Assembly (NCBI RefSeq): GCF_001194135.2
Contig: NC_068998.1
Span: 45,214,599-45,278,518 of the forward strand
Direction of reading: 5' to 3'
Origin: Octopus bimaculoides
Lineage: Eukaryota
DNA length: 63,920 nucleotides
Part shown: one piece after another, positions 37,770 to 51,095 of the stretch
Numbering within the stretch: position 1 is the first letter of the stretch
Layout of the letters: the number at the start of each line of letters is the position of its first letter
Translations under genes and position numbers: made by a program
The notes under the pieces: model-generated
Databases searched by the model: none
Seen by the model: the letters and a program-made list of their open reading frames with translations, nothing else
Told to the model about the DNA's origin: nothing

Positions 37770-39494
37770 ATATATATATATATATATATATATTTATTTA
37801 TTTGTTTTATTTTATTCCCTTAATGTAGATCTGCAGAAGCTGGGGTGAAATAAATAAGTCTTGCCTGACCCATTGATTGAACGTTCACCTCAACTCAGAT
37901 GGAATTTGTTCCACAAATGATTGTAGCAAACATCTGATAACTTAACTGTTCATATTTCCTTATTCACTGATCTTACTAGTCTGAGTACTTTTTACAATAT
38001 CATTTACTGTATATTTATCAATTCTGTGAAATATACATAAAAAGAAATGGAATTTAACAAGAAGTTTTTGAAACTAAGAGAAGTGCATATAAAATGTAGT
38101 TATGTCTTCATTTGTAAATAAGCAATGTTTTACATACAGCATGTACTGCAGTGCACTGCGTCTGCCAGTTATCAAACTTGATATTACGAAACTTTCAGCA
38201 TCTTCCAACAGCACCCGTTGTTTTTTTTTTTTGTCTCTTTTATTTTGTGGAACAAATATTGAATAAATTTTAAATGGTCTCTTCTTAGTTCATCTGAAAC
38301 TCTTGAGGTTTTTTTTAATTGAGTTAATTTCAATAATGGTCTTAAATTAGTCACTATCAATTCCAGAAAATCATTCACTACCTTTCTCATCTTCAAGTCT
38401 CTCATCTCTAAAACGAATTTTGTTTTTTTACCTATGTTGAGCTGTAGATTTGTCGAGGGTCCTCTTCACACTTTGTTGATATTGTGAGCAGTTCTCTATT
38501 TCTAGGTGTTCTATTTTGAACTCTTACAATAAAACCACTCAAACACGCCCCCACCCCTTCATCTTTGACAGCCTAAAATAAACAGTAAAAGCAAAGCTGT
38601 TAAAACAAACCAACAGATTAAAGTTTGTGCTTCAAAATGGCAGATTAGACGAACGTTAATTAAATCAAATATTTTATTCCAAAACATATTATTATAAAAT
38701 CTGCAATTAATACATTCTCCAACAACTTATGCAATTGGCACTATTTGTAGAACTATACAACCCACAATAAATGTGGGGAAATAGATATAAAAATAAATGT
38801 TAGAAAAGGCATGTATCTATTCATTGTAAAGTTACGTCTTATCTAGTTTTCTAGATTAGTTCATTCTGAAGTGACAGTAAAAACTACTTATTTCACCTGA
38901 TTTTAACAACGCAGAGCTCACGTGATTCACACATTAAAAGCACATTGTTATTTCAGTCTTTTAACTGAGATGTGTCTTTGTTTTCATGACATTGTCTTTA
39001 CTTCTTGTGCCACACTTATTCGCCATCATCTCGTTGGCTGCTAATTACTATCTTAGGATGCTACTGCTGTTCCCACTGTTATTATCAAAAAAGAACATTT
39101 CTTCTTACTATTGTTACTTCTTTCAGTAGCATGGCAGACACAAGTTTTGGGTTTTGTTTATCGTTTTATATCATTCCACCACCACCCCCTCCNNNNNNNN
39201 NNTGTTTTAAGATAATTTTTCTTAATGACTAAAAATAGCAATTTTAATTAAACTTTTGCATATTCATATGATGGAATTACATATGTCTCTCTCTTTTAAT
39301 TTGAAAAGATTCTTCTTTGGTTATATAATTTTGTATCATTCTTTTGGTTCCTTTGCCATTTTGTTTTTCTTCAATGAAATTTGACTTGAAATAGAAAAAA
39401 TCTTTAAAAAAACTTTGTTCGATCATTGTCTTTCATTCTAGAACATGTATGTGTATGAGTGTGTGTCTGTGTATATATGTTGTTGTTGTTGTTA

Positions 39495-39549
<55 letters not shown>

Positions 39550-40744
39550 CTCATCGCATGTAAGATATTTGTAACTTGACAAAGTCATGATGACATTGAG
39601 AAATATAAATCAATGGTAGTGTCTAAAAAGAGCAATTATTGATTTGCTACGCTAAGAAACTACACTTAAAGTCTAAAAGTGTCAAATTTTTTGTTGAAGT
39701 GTTGGAATTAAAAGGAAAGAAGAAAAACAAAACATCACCCTAACACTGAAATTGTCACAACTCTGAGAACAAGTTTCTGATAAAAGAGTGTGAGCACATT
39801 TTCACAGCACCCATCATACCCACTTCTTTTGTCATTGATTTCTAGCATTGTATTTTGTTATAATCCATAATATAATAGAGACAATGGTTCATGTGCAATT
39901 CCAAATTCCTGAACTATTTCTAATAACATTGTCATTAACAGTCTGGAGTTGTCACCATATCTGCTCTGTCTTTTAGTTAGGAAGAAAGGCAGTGCATGTA
40001 ATCCAATTACAGGGTGTCTGAGACTGGTGAGAGGGAGGTAGAAATAAAGGTATTCTCAAACAGAGGACCTAGCCCCAATACTCTGCTAAAGGCACCCAAG
40101 TGGTTGTATTAGATCAGGCTATAAATTAACCTTAATTGTTCGAGTAGGTTACAGCAGGATTTGAACTTGGAATGCAAACAGCCAGAGCAAATTTTGTAAA
40201 ACATCTCATCCAACACTTAACAATTTTAGCATTCATTTATGCTAGACTGATAACTCTTGATTTAATGATCCCTGTAAAGATGAAAGACATAGTTGAACTC
40301 AGTGACAATTGAATTCATAATGGAAGAATCCAGAATAAATACAATATGGCATTTTGTCAGACACATTTGTAAATTTGCCATTTGAATCATGATGGTCTTG
40401 AGTAATATAAACCAGTCTAACTCCTCTTTATCCAAAACCACCTAGTGGCCCTCTCTTTAGCTTTGGTGACTGAATTTATATATATATATATATATATATA
40501 TNNNNNNNNNNNNNNNNNNNNNNNNNNNNNNNNNNNNNNNNNNNNNNNNNNNNNNNNNNNNNNNNNNNNNNNNNNNNNNNNNNNNNNNNNNNNNNNNNNN
40601 NNNNNNNNNNNNNNNNNNNNNNNNNNNNNNNNNNNNNNNNNNNNNNNNNNNNNNNNNNNNNNNNNNNNNNNNNNNNNNNNNNNNNNNNNNNNNNNNNNNN
40701 NNNNNNNNNNNNNNNNNNNNNNNNNNNNNNNNNNNNNNNNNNNA

Positions 40745-40855
40745 TGTTAAGGGTACATGTGTCTGTGGAGTGTTCAGTCACTTGCACATTAATTTCATGA
40801 GCAGGCTGTTCCATTCATTGGATCAACTGGAACTCTCGTTGTTGTAACCAACAGA
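40745..40855 (+). mobile_element. SINE family C, 3' end (rest in gap)
   Basis: gttaagggtacatgtgtctgtggagtg...ggatcaactggaac. Confidence 0.8.
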
Positions 40856-40866
40856 CCACCAGCAAG

Positions 40867-40870
<4 letters not shown>

Positions 40871-40909
<39 letters not shown>

Positions 40910-41121
40910 CATATACATGTGTGTGTGTGTGTATATATATATTTGCATATATATATGTATGTATGTGTGTGTGTGTGTGTGTGTGTGTATAAGTATATAT
41001 ATGTGTATATATATATGTATATATTTATGTATATATATATGTGTATATGTATGTATGTGTATATATGTATATATATATGTGTATATTTATGTATATATAT
41101 GTGTATATATATGTATGTATA

Positions 41122-41169
<48 letters not shown>

Positions 41170-41325
41170 CATATATATGCAAGTGTATGTATATATATAT
41201 ATGTTTGTGTGTATGTATGTCTATCTACATATACACGTGTTTGTATATGTGTATGTATATATATATGTGTGTGTGTGTGTATGTATATGTATGTATGTAT
41301 GTGTGTATGCATACATGTGTGGATG
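40871..41325. repeat. About 450-bp compound (TA)/(TG) microsatellite
   Basis: Directly visible. Confidence 0.95.
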
Positions 41326-43894
41326 GGTGTTAGTTAAATTTTGTGTTACATTTAGTAGGTTTCGCTTTCAGGTTTGAAAAATGGATATTCAATTGAAAAG
41401 ACATTAAAATAAAGTTATACGTTAGGTTTCCTCTTCCTCTTTCTTTTTTCACTTCTTTAACAAAGTGGTGTGTAAAAAGAATTCTATTGATTTGAAGTTT
41501 TTGACATCAAACATGCTTTCACAAATGACATCACACTGTCTTTGGTTAATGTTACACCTGAGCCAGGTATCTGATTATAGAAATATAGAGAAATTTTAAG
41601 AAGATTTTTTATGTAATGTTCTATAATCTCTCTCCTCCCCACTCTCTCTCTTTATTATTTAGTATACATATATTCATTATAGAATAATTAGAAAATATTT
41701 ATTGTGCTAAATATTATGCAGTATAGCAGTAATGCTTAGTTTTATGTGCATACCTAGTTCAACTTGGTAGGTGTGGTCCAGAATAAATAGCAGAGCTGTT
41801 GACCAGCCATCCTGGAGTTTTTATACTCTGGCACTCAACGGGGGCAGGGGACTATTATCAGTGCAGACAATGCAGTGATGATGCAAATAATGGTTGTGGT
41901 GAGGAGGGAGACGTATATGAGAGGAACAGAGAGAAGAGAAGCTCAACTGATCTCAGTTGTTAGATAAAAGGCATCAGAAGTCGACCCCTTATTCCACCAT
42001 ATGTAGATTCTGCCATCATTCATGGAATCAATGCAAAGAATGGCCCTAAAAAATACAAATACACAGTTAGAGGAGCTACATCTTAACAAAAAGGGTATGC
42101 TGTTCAGATGTTACCTATGAATTCTATTTTATATATCATTTGTAATTTTACTTAATTTTGTGAAATTCAAATACTTTAAAATTGACGACATGGTTCTGAA
42201 GTCAAACGCTATTATGACATCGGGGGATGTCTATATATAAATCAATTATGTCTTCTAGCTTCAGTTTCCCTAAAGGATAACAACATCCTTATTACAGTTG
42301 AGTAATTCGCAGTACATAAGGTTGAAGGAATTACTGTACCAAATGTAAAAATGGATAAGATGACTTTAGCTAAGCATAATATGTACGTTACTGTTCACTT
42401 GGGCTTGTAACCCTCTTCAGGATCTGGTGTCTGTCTAAACCTTCATGGAATGCAAGTGTTAACCATCATAATTGGTAACAAAATCAATAGGATCAGTAAT
42501 GATGGTCATAGCATGAATCAGGAAATGAAAATAAATTGTTGGCTGAAAATCCTTACCTGAAATGTTTTGTCTCTACTCCATCTCCCAGCACTCCAGCTTA
42601 TGTATACCATAGTTGTTTTGTGAGCCACAATAAATGGATACTGTCCAAGTTCCATTTACAATTGTCTGTCTTGCACTACATGATACACAAATATTACGAA
42701 GTATGTTCTTACATTATTGCTTTATTTTGACCTGTCACCAAAGTATTGTCTACACTTATTAATTACAAGCATAAAACAACGATTGGAAATAATGGTACTT
42801 GATTCTTCCAGAAAATATCAGTCTGGATATTTTAGACAGAGATTCTTGTTTTCAAAGATTTGGCAGTCATTTGCTATTTCACAATATGCCAGTATTTAAT
42901 GTTTAGATATATATTCACAGTATTTAAATAAAACAGCAGCTGTTAAATCTATCCAAATCATATTAGTTTCTGGGCTTTTTCTCCCCATTATTTAGGAGAG
43001 AGTTGTACCATATTTCAGTAGTAATATATAGAACAGTAAATGTAGAAAGCAGGTGAAAAGAAAAGTTTGTTGTGTTACATTTGCATGCATTACATTGTTA
43101 GCAAATGACTTTCTTTACATTGTGTTGTTTTAGCAGCAACTGTCTGCTTAAGAGATTGTGCCTGCTTTTCTGAAAAGTGCTGGTTAATAATACTTATTTG
43201 AGCAACAAGATAAAGATGCTTAAGCTACAACTTTAGACATAAATTGTCTGGTTGTATATGATCTCTGTGTATCCATCAGTTTCTGTCTTTCTTTCTATGA
43301 GTGGAATGAATGTGTATATGTGTAATGGATGCATAGCCATAATTATTTTCTGTTACAACTGAGTGAACACAGAAGTCAAACAATGAGCAGATGTTGACTA
43401 CAAAGTGAGTGCTCAGCACATGTATAATAGAAAGCTTCTGTCATTTTCCCATCTTTTTCTTAAATGAAATTGGTCTCATTAAAATGTCAATATAACACAC
43501 ACACACATCACTCTGTGGCAATGAGCAACTGCATATCTTTTTTACCGGATGTGACAATATTTCATTGATATCTTAAATGTGAAGGAAATTTAATATCTCC
43601 ATCTCTTTTACTCAGTCTCTGTCTCTCAAAATGTATAAATCTGTGTGTGACAACACAATATGGCCTTTGGTTAGACCCATCTTGTGAGTGAAATTGAATA
43701 GACAAAAAACTGTGCCGAAGATTGTTGAGTGGATTGTACTCATAATTCAAATGGTACAGATTTATCACATGCTCGGTCAAGCTGATTCTGCCTAAGAACT
43801 ACATTAAAAGCACACATGTCTGTGGAATACTCAGTCACTTACATTGTAATCCGGGAACAGGTAACTCAGCTGATCAAGTTAACTGCTCATCATT

Positions 43895-44010
43895 TCGGGG
43901 TAGGGGGTAAGTCGATTGCATTGATCCCAATGCTCAACTGGTACTTATTTTATTAACTCTGAAAGGGTGAAAAGCAAAGTTGACCTCGGGTGAATTTGAA
44001 CTCAGAATAC
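43895..44010 (-). mobile_element. SINE family B fragment
   Basis: aagtcgattgcattgatccc...caactggtactta...gaatttgaactcagaa. Confidence 0.65.
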
Positions 44011-44575
44011 CAGTAATATATTGTGGCTGTTTCATTCATCTTCTCTTACAAAATATTGACCTTGTGCCCAGTCAAAAGTAATCACTGCTATTAAGTCATA
44101 TATCTTAGACATACACTGAACTATTTCCTGGCCATTATTTACAATTTATGTCACTCCTCTTGAATATATATTATCCTACACATGGAAGCTTTCTGTTAAC
44201 TTAAGTCATACTTAATAATTTATTATGATGCTATTTCAGAGAGAGATTGAGGGATGGAGAGAGAGAGGCTGATGGATTAGTGGCAATTTTACAGCATCAT
44301 TTCAGTTGAAACAGGGAAAAATTTATTAATATCTATCAGTTTCTAAATTATTAGAATGATTAATGTTATATTTAATGGTGAAGTATCTACTGCTATTTTA
44401 GGTTCACATCATGTTAATCTTCAGTTACAGGGCTTAGATGAAAATAAATTTGACTTCTGACCTTATTTTGGTTTTCAGTTAAGCAGAAATAATTTTATGT
44501 AAATTAAATTAGCCACTGGTAATTCCTCTTCTCCAACTGAATCGTTTCATCATTTTGTTTGCTTTTACATCATAT

Positions 44576-44738
44576 AGGCGCAGGAGTGGCTGTGTGGTAA
44601 GTAGCTTGCTTACCAACCACATGGTTCCAGGTTCAGTCCCACTGCGTGGCACCTTGGGCAAGTGTCTTCTACTATAGCCTCGGGCCGACAAAAGCCTTGT
44701 GAGTGGATTTGGTAGCCGGAAACTGAAAGAAGCCCGTC

Positions 44739-44786
<48 letters not shown>

Positions 44787-45005
44787 TTGTGTGTCTGTGT
44801 TTGTCCCCCCAACATCGCTTGACAACCGATGCTGGTGTGTTTACGTCCCCATAACCTAGCAGTTCGGCAAAAAGAGACCGATAGAATAAGTACTAGGCTT
44901 CCAAAGAATAAGTTCTGGGGTCGATTTGATTCGACTAAAGGCGGTGCTCCAGCATGGCCACAGTCAAATGACTGAAACAAGTAAAAGAGTAAAAGAGTAA
45001 AGAGA
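44576..45005 (+). mobile_element. SINE family A, young full-length reference copy
   Basis: aggcgcaggagtggctgtgtggtaag head, GGTTCAGTCCC, CCTTGGGCAAGT, internal (TA)(TG), tail (aagagtaa)n. Confidence 0.92.
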
Positions 45006-46710
45006 TATATAGAGTAGTTACACTCTTTAATCATGTTCATCTTCTTAACTGCTTTATGCTTGCATAACATACAACAATTCTATTCACCTGGTTTCTATAA
45101 CATTTAACTGTATATTAAGTGTTGTACAGTATGAATAAGCTGTTAGCAAATCATATCAGTAACACTGTTGGGATAACAAGCCACAAGTAGTGCACGTGTT
45201 GCTAATGTTCTTAAATCCTTTGAGTAAAGCATAAATGTCATACAGTCACATCTATTATCTGCTTTAAAAATGTGGTCTTCTGCTTATACAGTTAATATTT
45301 AATTAACTTTTGTTATTATCTCAAAAAGTCTATTATATTCTAAATAGAAATGTTTCCCCTTTTTTTATATTTTTGTATGGTGTCTTAAACAATAAAAAAA
45401 ATTGGGTAGAAAATTTACTGAGAAATTAAATGCAAAACCATCTTCTGCTCTATCAAAACAATATTCATTTTATTTTTTTCTATTTTAATATAATGAAATA
45501 ACTTTATGGGTTTTAGGATTTATTTTATTTTATTTATTTATTGAATTATAGAGACTTTTTTTTGTTCTTTTAGTAAAAATTTTAGTATTAATTCAGTGAC
45601 ATCTGTAGTGAAACTGAGCAATTTTTAGAAGGAGGATGAGTTAGCTTAACGAAGTATCAGACGAAAAAATCTGTGTAATATTTACTTTGAGCCATCACCA
45701 TTTCTGAATTCAGANNNNNNNNNNNNNNNNNNNNNNNNNNNNNNNNNNNNNNNNNNNNNNNNNNNNNNNNNNNNNNNNNNNNNNNNNNNNNNNNNNNNNN
45801 NNNNNNNNNNNNNNNNNNNNNNNNNNNNNNNNNNNNNNNNNNNNNNNNNNNNNNNNNNNNNNNNNNNNNNNNNNNNNNNNNNNNNNNNNNNNNNNNNNNN
45901 NNNNNNNNNNNNNNNNNNNNNNNNNNNNNNNNNNNNNNNNNNNNNNNNNNNNNNNNNNNNNNNNNNNNNNNNNAGTTCAACAAATATAAAATAAAAGCCA
46001 CTTAATTATTATGCTGCCAGAGTTTGAACCTCTTTTAATCAACTAACTTTTAATTAATATTGCTTTTAATAACAAATAATATACATAAAAATTTTGATTC
46101 GCAACGTTTACATAAGAAAATTAATCGAGAGAATTTGCTCTCAATGGAAAACAATTAACATGCTGCTAATGTTTGAACAGCTAAACAATAAAAGGCCGGA
46201 GAAACCAAATTTCACTTCACAAAAGCATGATTGAATCTTTTGTTGTCTTTTAATTAACCCATATTTAATAAATCCTCATAATGCTCTCAAAAAGTTAAAA
46301 CTGTTTTTTAAAACATACTCACTTAACTTGTAAGTTATATAAATAAAATTTCAGTTCATGAAGTTTATATATCAATATTTATACGCATAGAGGCTATTTA
46401 AATTGAACGTAAAGTGTGTTACTGCAGATGTTATAATATGAATAGCAGCTAATTAAGTTGAAATTTCTGTAACACTTCATGAATACACACTATGTATTTT
46501 GTGTTAATTTTATGCTTTAAATTAATTGCATTGTTACTAGGTCAGTAATAATGGTTACTTAAAATGGAAAAAATACTTTTTGTAGTATGTAGAAATTAAG
46601 ATACATATATAATTGACCATTTAATCAATAAGGTAGAATAAATCTGCAACTTAGTGAAATAAGTGTTGCATCATATTTCGAGATTAAAATTGTTCAGAAA
46701 TAATCCTGTA

Positions 46711-46767
<57 letters not shown>

Positions 46768-46768
<1 letters not shown>

Positions 46769-47576
46769 AGGGTACGGTGAATAAATTGTTGTCTAAATTA
46801 TGCAAAAATGAAAATAACCCTAACATCTCATTTTAACAGATATATTTACCAAAATTACATAGAAATATCTTGAAATACTAAAGAGTAAATTTATTCAATG
46901 AAATCACCATTGGCTTCAATCACGGCCTCCAGATGACTTTGGAATCTCCTGCAGCTCTTCTGGATAGTCTCCTTGTTTAAGTATTGTGAATGCTGCCATA
47001 ACCCTTGCTTTCAGTTCATCTTTGTTCAAAAGCTTTGTAGCTTTGTCTTTCCTCTTGTCCTTGATGGCTTGGGATAAAAATTGGCCTTTTGTCATCTTGT
47101 AGGAGGAATACTGAATGTCTTCATGCACTACCTGCTTGATAAGAAACTCAGACACTCCCCTGTCCCTGGTGATGGACCAGATTGACTTGGAGGGATTGTT
47201 GTCAATCATGGCCTGGATCTCACTGAAAATTCAGGAGTTCTTTTCTTATCAGAATGATTAGAGTGAGTTTTCTGAGCTGCTGTACCCTCGTAATCACCAT
47301 TAGACTCATCCAACTCTTTCCAAATCCTCTGCACTGTCCTCAGATTGACACCCAAACACTCTGAAATATTCGTAATTGGAGTTTCTGAAGTGAATGCCAA
47401 GCAGTACAGCATGTCATTTCTAAATTTCTGACTGTGAATTGCATCATGGTGCTGTTTTTCACACAAACAGTACCCAACTGACCCAACTATACTGTGTAGT
47501 TGACAAAATCAAAAACAAACAATGCACATGCACAAAATTAAAAATATAAAATGGCAATAATTTACCCATCACATTG
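46768..47576 (-). mobile_element. Internally deleted Tc1/mariner-superfamily transposon (maT/DD37D-like)
   Basis: Minus-strand frames 47466-46891 give two HTH-like segments, then ...KLLNK|DELKARVMAAF...LNKETIQKSCRRFQSHLEAVIEANGDFIE*. Degenerate TIRs (taaattgttgtc / taaattattgcc); TA at 46766-46767. Confidence 0.8.
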
Positions 47577-47577
47577 C

Positions 47578-47758
47578 TAAATCCACAAGTTTTTTATTCT
47601 CTCTCTGTTTATTTCCTCATTTTCCTTTCTGTTGAAGAGCATAGGCTCAAAACATAAAAGACTTTCTCACCTTTCCAAGCGTCAAACTAATACACCTGTT
47701 TGTTGTTTATACACCTGCCTTCATATTTTGTTTTTCTGTAAATTTCAACTATATATAT
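47578..47758 (+). mobile_element. Short Penelope-like terminal-repeat relic with decayed hammerhead-like motif
   Basis: cttt-CTGTTGA-A-GAGC-atag-GCTC-AAAAC-ATA-aaag at 47625-47660. Confidence 0.4.
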
Positions 47759-47759
47759 A

Positions 47760-48095
47760 AGTGCATGGCTCAGTGGTTAGCGCATCATGTTCACAATCAT
47801 GAAGTAGTGAGTTTGATTCCCAGACTGGGCTGTGTGTTGTGTTCTTGAGCAAGTCACTTTATTTCACATTGCTCCAGTTCACTCAGCCATAGAAATGAGT
47901 TGCGACATCACTGGTACCAAGTTGTGTTGGCCTTAGCCTTTTCCTTGGATAACATTGGTAGCATTAAGAGGTGGGGCTGGTATGCCTGGGTGACTGCTGG
48001 TCTTCCATAAACAACTTTGTCCAGACTTGTACCTCACAGGGTAACTTTCTAGGTGCAACTCCGTGGTCATTCATGACCAAAGTGGGATTTACCCT
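47760..48095 (+). mobile_element. SINE family E (my label; tRNA-like head plus CORE-like segment)
   Basis: TGGCTCAGTGGTTAG A-box-like, GAGTTTGATTCCC B-box-like, then ttgagcaagtcacttta. Confidence 0.7.
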
Positions 48096-48145
48096 TTATT
48101 CTTAACATATATATACACACACACACATATATATATATGGTGTAC

Positions 48146-48177
<32 letters not shown>

Positions 48178-48809
48178 GACATATATCAAATGGCATATAT
48201 TCACATATGATTCATGGTTATTCTTCTAACAAAGAATAAGATGCTATTGTGCAAATAGTCATTTATATAACTGGTATTATTTTCAGAATCTACACAGCTA
48301 AACCCTGGTTTTACCACATGAAATTTACCACCTTAATCTTTTTAAAAGGGGCTTGTTTTCAACCTTTTTCCTAATTAATGCAGATCAAATAAAACATTCC
48401 TCATAGATGATATGCTAAGTTACACAATGCCTTCATCATGTTGCAAAGCCCTCATTTGCATCAATTGAATTGTCTGTGATTTGTTCCTTTCACTCTTATT
48501 TTAGCAAGACTTTTTCTTTTAAGACACTTTACAAGCCACAATGGAAGTAGAAAAACATAAGCACAAATCATTGTCAATGCTGGAAAATATGGAGCTGTTT
48601 GAAAAGTTAAATAAATGTGTGACATGTATGTCTTGTGTGAAGTTAGTTCTTCTATCATTTATGATTTAAAGAAACACAAAGAACAAATTTAGAAGTTTTT
48701 TTCTTTTTCTGATCAAAATAAAAGGTGAAAAAAGATAGTTCTCTGATAAACTGCTTTAGAGTAACTTACATCTGAAGTTGTGAATATTTCTAGCAGCATT
48801 ATCGTTGAA

Positions 48810-49180
48810 CAGGCCAAAAAATGTTTAGTGTGAATATTTGCATGGAAGGTTGCACAAATTTAGAAGTAGACATAAAAATTTCACTGCACAGTGTATCAGA
48901 TGGAAAAGAGGAGTGCAGGCTTAGAAGCAGAATATTTTGTTCAGGAACTGGCTTGGTTTGTTGCATCAAAGAAGAAGAAAATTCTGATCAAATATATGAT
49001 AGAGACGAAACTGCTTTTGTTTTGGTGTTGTGCACAAAGTGAAACGCTTGCTCAAAACACTGAACAAAGTCCATTTGATGGCAAATAATTGAAAAAAAAA
49101 TCAGTGTTCTTGGTTGTGGCACTGGAACAAGCAGTCAGAAATGGTAAAGGTGTGAATCTTAGAACCAATAAAGGACTGAG
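48810..49180 (+). mobile_element. pogo/Tigger transposase relic
   Basis: Across frameshifts: SAGLEAEYFVQEL, DQIYDRDETAF (cf. DQIYNADETGL), ETLA...E...GK. Confidence 0.65.
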
Positions 49181-49613
49181 GATTTTTCGCTGTTCGCTAT
49201 TGCTCCGACAAAGAAAAATGGCTCACAACACTATTTTTTAATTAGTTCAATAATTCAGAGTTTCTGTTCAGAGGAAAGAAACAAGAGATTTGCTGGAGTA
49301 AACAAAAATTATGACCGATTCTAAGTGCATTCCTGTTATACACATGTATGTTTGTGTGTGGGTTCATGTTTGGTTATATTTGCGTCTCTCTGAAAATCAC
49401 TGAACTACAAGCAGTGGTATTGCTGTAATTTTTCTCCCTGGCAACAATTTACTTCCTTTGTGCTTTTGAAGACTTCTGGAATAAGTGATCCTTGACCTAA
49501 GAGGTTAGTAATAGGAAAGCCATCAAACAGTAAAACAATGCCCCCACAATATATTTATATAACTCATGCTAGCATGGAGACTGGTAGTATGACTGTAACA
49601 ATAAACAAACGAG

Positions 49614-49673
<60 letters not shown>

Positions 49674-49906
49674 AACCATAAAAGTTAACAGGTATGAAAT
49701 GTATATTTATTTAACTGACATTTTAAGGATTATAACTGTTTTATTGACTATATATTTTGGTTTTCAGTTGCATGGACACTCTACATTAAACTTTTCTATA
49801 TTGGATTATGAAGTGGACTGATAGTTGAATTTATAAAAGGAGGTTTCTGGATAGCCGTATGATTCTCTGAATCCATATCTTATACTACAAATATATATAT
49901 ATGTAT

Positions 49907-50191
49907 AAGGCAGACTGTATGACGCATGCGTACGAACAACCATGCTACATGGCAGTGAAACATGGGCTGTAACTGCTGAGGACATACGTAAGCTCGCAAG
50001 GAATGAAGCCAGTATGCTCTGTTGGATGTGTAATGTCAATGTGAATACCCATCAGAGTGTAAGTATCTTGAGAGAAAAGCTGAACATTAGAAGCATCAGT
50101 TGTGGCGTGCAAGAGAGACGATTGCGCTGGTATGGACATGTGGTGAGAATGGAGGAGGATAGCTGCGTGAAAAAGTGCCACACCCTAACAG
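49907..50191 (+). mobile_element. RTE-clade LINE, 5'-truncated, C-terminal coding part, continues into gap
   Basis: GRLYDACVRTTMLHGSETWAVTAEDIRKLARNEASML...RRLRWYGHVVRMEEDSCVKKC (YGxETW and LRWxGHV motifs). Confidence 0.9.
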
Positions 50192-51034
50192 NNNNNNNNN
50201 NNNNNNNNNNNNNNNNNNNNNNNNNNNNNNNNNNNNNNNNNNNNNNNNNNNNNNNNNNNNNNNNNNNNNNNNNNNNNNNNNNNNNNNNNNNNNNNNNNNN
50301 NNNNNNNNNNNNNNNNNNNNNNNNNNNNNNNNNNNNNNNNNNNNNNNNNNNNNNNNNNNNNNNNNNNNNNNNNNNNNNNNNNNNNNNNNNNNNNNNNNNN
50401 NNNNNNNNNNNNNNNNNNNNNNNNNNNNNNNNNNNNNNNNNNNNNNNNNNNNNNNNNNNNNNNNNNNNNNNNNNNNNNNNNNNNNNNNNNNNNNNNNNNN
50501 NNNNNNNNNNNNNNNNNNNNNNNNNNNNNNNNNNNNNNNNNNNNNNNNNNNNNNNNNNNNNNNNNNNNNNNNNNNNNNNNNNNNNNNNNNNNNNNNNNNN
50601 NNNNNNNNNNNNNNNNNNNNNNNNNNNNNNNNNNNNNNNNNNNNNNNNNNNNNNNNNNNNNNNNNNNNNNNNNNNNNNNNNNNNNNNNNNNNNNNNNNNN
50701 NNNNNNNNNNNNNNNNNNNNNNNNNNNNNNNNNNNNNNNNNNNNNNNNNNNNNNNNNNNNNNNNNNNNNNNNNNNNNNNNNNNNNNNNNNNNNNNNNNNN
50801 NNNNNNNNNNNNNNNNNNNNNNNNNNNNNNNNNNNNNNNNNNNNNNNNNNNNNNNNNNNNNNNNNNNNNNNNNNNNNNNNNNNNNNNNNNNNNNNNNNNN
50901 NNNNNNNNNNNNNNNNNNNNNNNNNNNNNNNNNNNNNNNNNNNNNNNNNNNNNNNNNNNNNNNNNNNNNNNNNNNNNNNNNNNNNNNNNNNNNNNNNNNN
51001 NNNNNNNNNNNNNNNNNNNNNNNNNNNNNNNNNN

Positions 51035-51077
<43 letters not shown>

Positions 51078-51095
<18 letters not shown>

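Noticed and set aside
38184-38405. 73-aa minus-strand ORF
   Set aside because: No splice context or recognisable motif; length is expected by chance.
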